DNA of 64,000 bases from assembly GCF_009914755.1 (NCBI RefSeq), contig NC_060925.1, one strand, 5' to 3'. The DNA is from the human T2T-CHM13v2.0 reference genome, Homo sapiens. Made by a program: the position numbers and the translations under genes. Below, piece by piece: positions 1 to 13,129 of the stretch (position 1 is the stretch's first letter; each line of letters starts with the position of its first letter). The notes under the pieces are model-generated. The model worked only from the letters and a program-made list of their open reading frames with translations, searched no databases and was not told the origin of the DNA.

Positions 1-470
1 TTGAACGGAATCAAATGGAATCATCATCGGATGGAAACGAATGGAATCATCATCGAATGGAAAAGAAAAGAGTCATCATCTAATGGAATTGCATGGAATC
101 ATCATAAAATGGAATCGAATGGAATCAACATCAAATGGAATCAAATGGAATCATTGAACGGAATTAAATGGAATCGTCATCGAATGAATTGAATGTAATC
201 ATCGAATGGTCTCGAATGGAATCATCTTCTAATGGAAAGTAATGGAATCATCGCATAGAATCGAATGGAATTAAAATTGAATGGACTCGAATGGAATCAA
301 CATCAAACGGAAAAAAACGGAAATATCGAATGGAATCGAAGAGAATCATCGAATGGACCCGAATGGAATCATCTAATGGAATGGAATGGAATAATCCATG
401 GACTCGAATGCAATCATCATCGAATGGAATCGAATGGAATCATCGAATGGACTCGAATGGAATAATCATA

Positions 471-3400
471 GAACGGAATCGAATGGAATCATCATCGGAT
501 GGAAATGAATGGAATCATCATCGAATGGAATCGAATAGAATTATGGAATGAAATCCAGTGTGATCATCATCGAATGCACCCGAATGGAATCATCATCCAA
601 CGGAATCTAATGGAAACAACATCGAATGAATCGAATGGAAACACCATCGAATTGAAACGAGTGGAATTATCATGAAATTGAAATGGATGGACTCATCATC
701 GAATGGATTCGAATGGAATCATCGAATAAAATTGATTGAAATCATCATCAAATGGAATCGAATGGTATCATTGAATGGAATCGAATGGAATCATCATCAG
801 ATGGAAATGAATGGAATCGTCATAGAATGGAATCGAATGGATTCATTGAATGGAATCAGATGGAATCATCGAATGGACTGGAATGGAATCATTGAATGGA
901 CTCGAGAGGGATCATTATTGAATGGAATTGAATGGAATCATGGAATGGTCTCGATTGGAATCATTATCAAATGGAATCGAATGGAATCACCGAATAGAAT
1001 CGAATGGAACAATCATCGAATGGACTCCAATGGAATTATCCTCAAATGGAATCGAATGGAATTATCGAATGCAATCGAATGGAATTATCGAATGCAATCG
1101 AATAGAATCATCGAATGGACTCGAATGGAATCATCGAATGGAATGGAATGGAACAGTCAATGAACTCGAATGGAATCATCATTGAATGGAATCGAATGGA
1201 ATCATCGAGTGGAATCGAATGGAATTATGATCAAATGGAATCGAATGTAATCATCATCAAATGGAATCAAAGATAACCATCATCAATTGGTATTGAATGG
1301 AATTGTCATCAAATGGAATTCAAAGGAATCATCACCAAATGGAACCGAAAGGAATCCTCATTGAATGGAAATGAAAGGGGTCATCATCTAATGGAATCGC
1401 ATGGAATCATCATCAAATGGAATCGAATGGAATCATCATCAGATGGAATCTAATGGAATCATTGAACAGAATTGAATGGAATCGTCATCGAATGAATTGA
1501 ATGCAATCATCGAATGGTCTCGAATGGAATCATCTTCTAATGGAAAGGAATGGAATCATCGCATAGAATCGAATGGAATTAACATTGAATGGACTCGAAT
1601 GGAATCAACATCAAACGGAATCAAGCGGAATTATCGAATGGAATCGAAGAGAATCATCGAATGGACTCGAATGGAATCATCTAATGGAATGGAATGGAAT
1701 AATCCACGGACTCGAATGCAACCACCATCGTATAGAATCGAATGGAAACATCAAATGGAATCATCGAATGGACTCGAATGGAATAATCATTGAACGGAAT
1801 CGAATGGAATCATCATCGGATGGAAACGAATGGAATCATCATCGAATGGAAATGAAAGGAGTCATCTAATGGAATTGCATGGAATCATCATCAAATGGAA
1901 TCGAATGGAATCAACATCAAATGGAATCAAATGGAATCATTGAACGGAATTGAATGGAATCGTCATCTAATGAATTGAATGCAATCATCGAATGGTCTCG
2001 AATGGAATCATCTTCAAATGGAATGGAATGGAATCATCGCATAGAATCGAATGGAATTATCATCGAATGGAATCGAATGGAATCAACATCAAACGGAAAA
2101 AAACGGAATTATCGAATGGAATCGAAGAGAATCATCGAATGGGCCCGAATGGAATCATCTAATGCAATGGAATGGAATAATCTATGGACTCGAATGCAAT
2201 CATCATCGAATGGAATCGAATGGAATCATCGAATGGACTCGAATGGAATAATCATTGAACGGAATCGAATGGAATCATCATCGGATGGAAATGAATGGAA
2301 TCATCATCGAATGGAATCGAATAGAATTATGGAATGAAATCCAGTGTGATCATCATCGAATGGACCCGAATGGAATCATCATCCAACGGAAGCTAATGGA
2401 ATCAACATCGAATGAATCGAATGGAAACACCATCGAATTGAAACGAATGGAATTATCATGAAATTGAAATGGATGGACTCATCATCGAATGGATTCGAAT
2501 GGAATCATCGAATAAAATTGATTGAAATCATCATCAAATTGAATCGAATGGTATCATTGAATGGAATCAAATGGAATCATCATCAGATGGAAAAGAATGG
2601 AATCGTCATAGAATGGAATCGAATGGATTCATTGAATGGAATCAGATGGAATCATCGAATGGACTGGAATGGAATCATTGAATGGACTCGAAAGGGATCA
2701 TGATTGAATGGAATTGAATGGAATCATCGAATGGTCTCGATTGGAATCATTATCAAATGGAATCGAATGGAATCACCGAATAGAATCGAATGGAACAATC
2801 ATCGAATGGACTCAAATGGAATTATCCTCAAATGGAATCGAATGGAATTATCGAATGCAATCGAATGGAATTATCGAATGCAATCGAATAGAATCATCGA
2901 ATGGACTCGAATGGAATCATCGAATGGAATGGAATGGAACAGTCAATGAACTCGAATGGAATCATCATTGAATGGAATCGAATGGAATCATCGAGTGGAA
3001 TCGAATGGAATTATGATCAAATGGAATCGAATGTAATCATCATCCAATGGAATCAAAAATAACCATCATCAATTGGTATTGAATGGAATTGTCATCAAAT
3101 GGAATTCAAAGGAATCATCATCAAATGGAACCGAATGGAATCCTCATTGAATGGAAATGAAAGGGGTCATCATCTAATGGAATCGCATGGAATCATCATC
3201 AAATGGAATCGAATGGAATCATCATCAAATGGAATCTAATGGAATCATTGAACAGAATTGAATGGAATGGTCATCGAATGAATTGAATGCAATCATCGAA
3301 TGGTCTCGAATGGAATCATCTTCTAATGGAAAGGAATGGAATCATCGCATAGAATCGAATGGAATTATCATCGAATGGAATCGAATGGTATCAACACCAA

Positions 3401-6400
3401 ACGGAAAAAAACGGAATTATCGAATGGAATCGAAGAGAATCTTCGAACGGAACCGAATGGAATCATCTAATGGAATGGAATGGAATAATCCATGGACTCG
3501 AATGCAATCATCATCGAATGGAATCGAATGGAATCATCGAATGGACTCGAATGGAATAATCATTGAACGGAATCGAATGGAATCATCATCGGATGGAAAC
3601 GAATGGAATCATCATCGAATGGAAATAAAAGGAGTCATCATCTAATGGAATTGCATGGAATCATCATAAAATGGAATCGAATGGAATCAACATCAAATGG
3701 AATCAAATGGAATCATTGAACGGAATTGAATGGAATCGTCATCGAATGAATTGAATGCAATCATCGAATGGTCTCGAATGGAATCATCTTCAAATGGAAT
3801 GGAATGTAATCATCGCATAGAATCGAATGGAATTTTCATCGAATGGAATTATCATCGAATGGAATCGAATGGAATCAACATCAAACGGAAAAAACCGGAA
3901 TTATCGTATGGAATCAAAGAGAATCATCGAATGGACCCGAATGGAATCATCTAATGGAATGGAATGGAATAATCCATGGACTCGAATGCAATCATCATCG
4001 TATAAAATCGAATGGAATCATCGAATGGACTCGAATGGAATAATCATTGAACGGAATCGAATGGAATCATCATCGGATGGAAACGAATGGAATCATCATC
4101 GAATGGAAATGAAAGGAGTCATCATCTAATGGAATTGCATGGAATCATCATAAAATGGAATCGAATGGAATCAACATCAAATGGAATCAAATGGAATCAT
4201 TGAACGGAATTGAATGGAATCGTCATCGAATGAATTGAATGCAATCATCGAATGGTCTCGAATGGAATCATCTTCAAATGGAATGGAATGGAATCATCGC
4301 ATAGAATCGAATGGAATTATCATCGAATGGAATCGAATGGAATCAACATCAAACGGAAAAAAACGGAATTATCGAATGGAATCGAAGAGAATCATCGAAT
4401 GGACCCGAATGGAATCATCTAATGGAATGGAATGGAATAATCCATGGACTCGAATGCAATCATCATCGAATGGAATCGAATGGAATCATCGAATGGACTC
4501 GAATGGAATAATCATTGAACGGAATCGAATGGAATCATCATCGGATGGAAATGAATGGAATCATCATCGAATGGAATCGAATAGGATTATGGAATGAAAT
4601 CCAGTGTGATCATCATCGAATGGACCCGAATGGAATCATCATCCAACGGAAGCTAATGGAATCAACATCGAATGAATCAAATGGAAACACCATCGAATTG
4701 AAACGAATGGAATTATCATGAAATTGAAATGGATGGACTCATCATCGAATGGATTCGAATGGAATCATCGAATAAAATTGATTGAAATCATCATCAAATT
4801 GAATCGAATGGTATCATTGAATGGAATCAAATGGAATCATCATCAGATGGAAAAGAATGGAATCGTCATAGAATGGAATCGAATGGATTCATTGAATGGA
4901 ATCAGATGGAATCATCGAATGGACTGGAATGGAATCATTGAATGGACTCGAAAGGGTTCATGATTGAATGGAATTGAATGGAATCATCGAATGGTCTCGA
5001 TTGGAATCATTATCAAATGGAATCGAATGGAATCACCGAATAGAATCGAATGGAACAATCATCGAATGGCCTCAAATGGAATTATCCTCAAATGGAATCG
5101 AATGGAATTATCGAATGCAATCGAATGGAATTATCGAATGCAATCGAATAGAATCATCGAATGGACTCGAATGGAATCATCGAATGGAATGGAATGGAAT
5201 AGTCAATGAACTCGAATGGAATCATCATTGAATGGAATCGAATGGAATCATCGAGTGGAATCGAATGGAATTATGATCAAATGGAATCGAATGTAATCAT
5301 CAAATGGAATCAAAAATAACCATCATCAATTGGTATTGAATGGAATTGTCATCAAATGGAATTCAAAGGAATCATCATCAAATGGAACCGAAAGGAATCC
5401 TCATTGAATGGAAATGAAAGGGGTCATCATCTAATGGAATCACATGGAATCATCATCAAATGGAGTCGAATGGAATCATCATCAAATGGAATCTAATGGA
5501 ATCATTGAACAGAATTGAATGGAATCGTCATCGAATGAATTGAATACAATCATCGAATGGTCTCGAATGGAATCATCTTCTAATGGAAAGGAATGGAATC
5601 ATCGCATAGAATCGAATGGAATTAACATTGAATGGACTCGAATGGAATCAACATCAAACGGAATCAAGCGGAATTATCGAATGTAATCGAAGAGAACCAT
5701 CGAATGGACTCGAATGGAATCATCTAATGGAATGGAATGGAATAATCCACGGACTCGAATGCAATCATCATCGTATAGAATCGAATGGAATCATTGAATG
5801 GACTCGAATGGAATCATCATTGAACAGAATCGAATGGAATCATCATCGGATGGAAACGAATGGAATTATCATCGAATGGAAATGAAAGGAGTCATCATCT
5901 AATGGAATCGCATGGAATCATCATAAAATGGAATCGAATGGAATCAACATCAAATGGAATCAAATGGAATCATTGAACGGAATTGAATGGAATTGTCATC
6001 GAATGAATTGAATGCAATCATCGAATGGTCTCGAATGAAATCATCTTCAAATGGAATGGAATGGAATCATCGCATAGAATCGAATGGAATTATCATCGAA
6101 TGGAATTGAAAGGTATCAACATCAAACGGAAAAAAACGGAATTATCGAATGGAATCGAAGAGAATCATCGAACGGACCCGAATGGAATCATCTAATGGAA
6201 AGGAATGGAATAATCCATGGACTCGAATCCAATCATCATCGAATGGAATCGAATGGAATCATTGAAAGGACTCTAATGGAATAATCATTGAACGGAATCG
6301 AATGGAATCATCATCGAATGGAAACTAATGGAATCATCATCGAATGGAAATGAAAGGAGTCATCTAATGGAATTGCACGGAATCAACATAAAATGGAATC

Positions 6401-9400
6401 GAATGGAATCAACATCAAATGGAATGAAATGGGATCATTGAACGGAATTGAATGGAATCTTCATCGAATGAATTGAATGCAATCATCGAATGGTCTCGAA
6501 TGGAATCATCTTCAAATGGAATGGAATGGAATCATCGCATAGAATCGAATGGAATTATCATCGAATGGAATCGAATGGAATCAACATCAAACGGAAAAAA
6601 ACGGAATTATCGAATGGAATCGAAGAGAATCATCGAATGGACCCGAATGGAATCATCTAATGGAATGGAATGGAATAATCCATGGACTCGAATGCAATCA
6701 TCATCGAATGGAATCGAATGGAATCATCGAATGGACTCGAATGGAATAATCATTGAACGGAATCGAATGGAATCATCATCGGATGGAAATGAATGGAATC
6801 ATCATCGAATGGAATCGAATAGAATTATGGAATGAAATCCAGTGTGATCATCATCGAATGCACCCGAATGGAATCATCATCCAACGGAATCTAATGGAAA
6901 CAACATCGAATGAATCGAATGGAAACACCATCGAATTGAAACGAGTGGAATTATCATGAAATTGAAATGGATGGACTCATCATCGAATGGATTCGAATGG
7001 AATCATCGAATAAAATTGATTGAAATCATCATCAAATGGAATCGAATGGTATCATTGAATGGAATCGAATGGAATCATCATCAGATGGAAATGAATGGAA
7101 TCGTCATAGAATGGAATCGAATGGATTCATTGAATGGAATCAGATGGAATCATCGAATGGACTGGAATGGAATCATTGAATGGACTCGAGAGGGATCATT
7201 ATTGAATGGAATTGAATGGAATCATGGAATGGTCTCGATTGGAATCATTATCAAATGGAATCGAATGGAATCACCGAATAGAATCGAATGGAACAATCAT
7301 CGAATGGACTCCAATGGAATTATCCTCAAATGGAATCGAATGGAATTATCGAATGCAATCGAATGGAATTATCGAATGCAATCGAATAGAATCATCGAAT
7401 GGACTCGAATGGAATCATCGAATGGAATGGAATGGAACAGTCAATGAACTCGAATGGAATCATCATTGAATGGAATCGAATGGAATCATCGAGTGGAATC
7501 GAATGGAATTATGATCAAATGGAATCGAATGTAATCATCATCAAATGGAATCAAAGATAACCATCATCAATTGGTATTGAATGGAATTGTCATCAAATGG
7601 AATTCAAAGGAATCATCACCAAATGGAACCGAAAGGAATCCTCATTGAATGGAAATGAAAGGGGTCATCATCTAATGGAATCGCATGGAATCATCATCAA
7701 ATGGAATCGAATGGAATCATCATCAGATGGAATCTAATGGAATCATTGAACAGAATTGAATGGAATCGTCATCGAATGAATTGAATGCAATCATCGAATG
7801 GTCTCGAATGGAATCATCTTCTAATGGAAAGGAATGGAATCATCGCATAGAATCGAATGGAATTAACATTGAATGGACTCGAATGGAATCAACATCAAAC
7901 GGAATCAAGCGGAATTATCGAATGGAATCGAAGAGAATCATCGAATGGACTCGAATGGAATCATCTAATGGAATGGAATGGAATAATCCACGGACTCGAA
8001 TGCAACCACCATCGTATAGAATCGAATGGAAACATCAAATGGAATCATCGAATGGACTCGAATGGAATAATCATTGAACGGAATCGAATGGAATCATCAT
8101 CGGATGGAAACGAATGGAATCATCATCGAATGGAAATGAAAGGAGTCATCTAATGGAATTGCATGGAATCATCATCAAATGGAATCGAATGGAATCAACA
8201 TCAAATGGAATCAAATGGAATCATTGAACGGAATTGAATGGAATCGTCATCTAATGAATTGAATGCAATCATCGAATGGTCTCGAATGGAATCATCTTCA
8301 AATGGAATGGAATGGAATCATCGCATAGAATCGAATGGAATTATCATCGAATGGAATCGAATGGAATCAACATCAAACGGAAAAAAACGGAATTATCGAA
8401 TTGAATCGAAGAGAATCATCGAATGGGCCCGAATGGAATCATCTAATGCAATGGAATGGAATAATCTATGGACTCGAATGCAATCATCATCGAATGGAAT
8501 CGAATGGAATCATCGAATGGACTCGAATGGAATAATCATTGAACGGAATCGAATGGAATCATCATCGGATGGAAATGAATGGAATCATCATCGAATGGAA
8601 TCGAATAGAATTATGGAATGAAATCCAGTGTGATCATCATCGAATGGACCCGAATGGAATCATCATCAAACGGAAGCTAATGGAATCAACATCGAATGAA
8701 TCGAATGGAAACACCATCGAATTGAAACGAATGGAATTATCATGAAATTGAAATGGATGGACTCATCATCGAATGGATTCGAATGGAATCATCGAATAAA
8801 ATTGATTGAAATCATCATCAAATTGAATCGAATGGTATCATTGAATGGAATCAAATGGAATCATCATCAGATGGAAAAGAATGGAATCGTCATAGAATGG
8901 AATCGAATGGATTCATTGAATGGAATCAGATGGAATCATCGAATGGACTGGAATGGAATCATTGAATGGACTCGAAAGGGATCATGATTGAATGGAATTG
9001 AATGGAATCATCGAATGGTCTCGATTGGAATCATTATCAAATGGAATCGAATGGAATCACCGAATAGAATCGAATGGAACAATCATCGAATGGACTCAAA
9101 TGGAATTATCCTCAAATGGAATCGAATGGAATTATCGAATGCAATCGAATGGAATTATCGAATGCAATCGAATAGAATCATCGAATGGACTCGAATGGAA
9201 TCATCGAATGGAATGGAATGGAACAGTCAATGAACTCGAATGGAATCATCATTGAATGGAATCGAATGGAATCATCGAGTGGAATCGAATGGAATTATGA
9301 TCAAATGGAATCGAATGTAATCATCATCCAATGGAATCAAAAATAACCATCATCAATTGGTATTGAATGGAATTGTCATCAAATGGAATTCAAAGGAATC

Positions 9401-12400
9401 ATCATCAAATGGAACCGAATGGAATCCTCATTGAATGGAAATGAAAGGGGTCATCATCTAATGGAATCGCATGGAATCATCATCAAATGGAATCGAATGG
9501 AATCATCATCAAATGGAATCTAATGGAATCATTGAACAGAATTGAATGGAATGGTCATCGAATGAATTGAATGCAATCATCGAATGGTCTCGAATGGAAT
9601 CATCTTCTAATGGAAAGGAATGGAATCATCGCATAGAATCGAATGGAATTATCATCGAATGGAATCGAATGGTATCAACACCAAACGGAAAAAAACGGAA
9701 TTATCGAATGGAATCGAAGAGAATCTTCGAACGGAACCGAATGGAATCATCTAATGGAATGGAATGGAATAATCCATGGACTCGAATGCAATCATCATCG
9801 AATGGAATCGAATGGAATCATCGAATGGACTCGAATGGAATAATCATTGAACGGAATCGAATGGAATCATCATCGGATGGAAACGAATGGAATCATCATC
9901 GAATGGAAATAAAAGGAGTCATCATCTAATGGAATTGCATGGAATCATCATAAAATGGAATCGAATGGAATCAACATCAAATGGAATCAAATGGAATCAT
10001 TGAACGGAATTGAATGGAATCGTCATCGAATGAATTGAATGCAATCATCGAATGGTCTCGAATGGAATCATCTTCAAATGGAATGGAATGTAATCATCGC
10101 ATAGAATCGAATGGAATTTTCATCGAATGGAATTATCATCGAATGGAATCGAATGGAATCAACATCAAACGGAAAAAACCGGAATTATCGTATGGAATCA
10201 AAGAGAATCATCGAATGGACCCGAATGGAATCATCTAATGGAATGGAATGGAATAATCCATGGACTCGAATGCAATCATCATCGTATAAAATCGAATGGA
10301 ATCATCGAATGGACTCGAATGGAATAATCATTGAACGGAATCGAATGGAATCATCATCGGATGGAAACGAATGGAATCATCATCGAATGGAAATGAAAGG
10401 AGTCATCATCTAATGGAATTGCATGGAATCATCATAAAATGGAATCGAATGGAATCAACATCAAATGGAATCAAATGGAATCATTGAACGGAATTGAATG
10501 GAATCGTCATCGAATGAATTGAATGCAATCATCGAATGGTCTCGAATGGAATCATCTTCAAATGGAATGGAATGGAATCATCGCATAGAATCGAATGGAA
10601 TTATCATCGAATGGAATCGAATGGAATCAACATCAAACGGAAAAAAACGGAATTATCGAATGGAATCGAAGAGAATCATCGAATGGACCCGAATGGAATC
10701 ATCTAATGGAATGGAATGGAATAATCCATGGACTCGAATGCAATCATCATCGAATGGAATCGAATGGAATCATCGAATGGACTCGAATGGAATAATCATT
10801 GAACGGAATCGAATGGAATCATCATCGGATGGAAATGAATGGAATCATCATCGAATGGAATCGAATAGGATTATGGAATGAAATCCAGTGTGATCATCAT
10901 CGAATGGACCCGAATGGAATCATCATCCAACGGAAGCTAATGGAATCAACATCGAATGAATCAAATGGAAACACCATCGAATTGAAACGAATGGAATTAT
11001 CATGAAATTGAAATGGATGGACTCATCATCGAATGGATTCGAATGGAATCATCGAATAAAATTGATTGAAATCATCATCAAATTGAATCGAATGGTATCA
11101 TTGAATGGAATCAAATGGAATCATCATCAGATGGAAAAGAATGGAATCGTCATAGAATGGAATCGAATGGATTCATTGAATGGAATCAGATGGAATCATC
11201 GAATGGACTGGAATGGAATCATTGAATGGACTCGAAAGGGATCATGATTGAATGGAATTGAATGGAATCATCGAATGGTCTCGATTGGAATCATTATCAA
11301 ATGGAATCGAATGGAATCACCGAATAGAATCGAATGGAACAATCATCGAATGGCCTCAAATGGAATTATCCTCAAATGGAATCGAATGGAATTATCGAAT
11401 GCAATCGAATGGAATTATCGAATGCAATCGAATAGAATCATCGAATGGACTCGAATGGAATCATCGAATGGAATGGAATGGAATAGTCAATGAACTCGAA
11501 TGGAATCATCATTGAATGGAATCGAATGGAATCATCGAGTGGAATCGAATGGAATTATGATCAAATGGAATCGAATGTAATCATCAAATGGAATCAAAAA
11601 TAACCATCATCAATTGGTATTGAATGGAATTGTCATCAAATGGAATTCAAAGGAATCATCATCAAATGGAACCGAAAGGAATCCTCATTGAATGGAAATG
11701 AAAGGGGTCATCATCTAATGGAATCACATGGAATCATCATCAAATGGAGTCGAATGGAATCATCATGAAATGGAATCTAATGGAATCATTGAACAGAATT
11801 GAATGGAATCGTCATCGAATGAATTGAATACAATCATCGAATGGTCTCGAATGGAATCATCTTCTAATGGAAAGGAATGGAATCATCGCATAGAATCGAA
11901 TGGAATTAACATTGAATGGACTCGAATGGAATCAACATCAAACGGAATCAAGCGGAATTATCGAATGTAATCGAAGAGAACCATCGAATGGACTCGAATG
12001 GAATCATCTAATGGAATGGAATGGAATAATCCACGGACTCGAATGCAATCATCATCGTATAGAATCGAATGGAATCATTGAATGGACTCGAATGGAATCA
12101 TCATTGAACAGAATCGAATGGAATCATCATCGGATGGAAACGAATGGAATTATCATCGAATGGAAATGAAAGGAGTCATCATCTAATGGAATCGCATGGA
12201 ATCATCATAAAATGGAATCGAATGGAATCAACATCAAATGGAATCAAATGGAATCATTGAACGGAATTGAATGGAATTGTCATCGAATGAATTGAATGCA
12301 ATCATCGAATGGTCTCGAATGAAATCATCTTCAAATGGAATGGAATGGAATCATCGCATAGAATCGAATGGAATTATCATCGAATGGAATTGAAAGGTAT

Positions 12401-13129
12401 CAACATCAAACGGAAAAAAACGGAATTATCGAATGGAATCGAAGAGAATCATCGAACGGACCCGAATGGAATCATCTAATGGAAAGGAATGGAATAATCC
12501 ATGGACTCGAATCCAATCATCATCGAATGGAATCGAATGGAATCATTGAAAGGACTCTAATGGAATAATCATTGAACGGAATCGAATGGAATCATCATCG
12601 AATGGAAACTAATGGAATCATCATCGAATGGAAATGAAAGGAGTCATCTAATGGACTTGCACGGAATCAACATAAAATGGAATCGAATGGAATCAACATC
12701 AAATGGAATGAAATGGGATCATTGAACGGAATTGAATGGAATCTTCATCGAATGAATTGAATGCAATCATCGAATGGTCTCGAATGGAATCATCTTCAAA
12801 TGGAATGGAATGGAATCATCGCATAGAATCGAATGGAATTATCATCGAATGGAATCGAATGGAATCAACATCAAACGGAAAAAAACGGAATTATCGAATG
12901 GAATCGAAGAGAATCATCGAATGGACCCGAATGGAATCATCTAATGGAATGGAATGGAATAATCCATGGACTCGAATGCAATCATCATCGAATGGAATCG
13001 AATGGAATCATCGAATGGACTCGAATGGAATAATCATTGAACGGAATCGAATGGAATCATCATCGGATGGAAATGAATGGAATCATCATCGAATGGAATC
13101 GAATAGAATTATGGAATGAAATCCAGTGT
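471..13129 (+). repeat. Near-identical 6,284-bp tandem duplication (3-unit higher-order repeat P-Q-R x2)
   Basis: Every landmark and ORF recurs at +6284 (672/6956, 2458/8742, 4718/11002, 6452/12736), including private 13-bp and 16-bp insertions. I spotted only 5 substitutions. Confidence 0.93.
1316..1321. other. EcoRI site GAATTC, once per unit (first example)
   Basis: GGAATTCAAAGG occurs about 644 bp after each landmark, with an adjacent CAATTG at 1284-1289. One extra variant site is at 49005-49010. Confidence 0.85.

Noticed and set aside
672-1163. Recurring 163-aa ORF (MKLKWMDSSS...) and 127-aa ORF (MESSSNELNA...)
   Set aside because: These are low-complexity translations of the satellite (MEWN/IEWN/SNGI) that overlap in all three frames. 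Stops or frameshifts break them freely in sibling units (e.g. TGA at 2701, 4961, 51707), and there is no domain-like composition. I used them only as coordinate landmarks.
2093-2106. CGGAAAAAAACGG A-tract as a terminator or retro-tail
   Set aside because: It is a fixed 7-A element of the 468-bp module, present in most copies, with no hairpin or associated gene.
471-13129. 6.28-kb period as evidence for the chr16-type ~6-kb HSat2 unit
   Set aside because: It decomposes into three 1.77-kb-family units (1786+2260+2238) and occurs only twice, so it is a local duplication.
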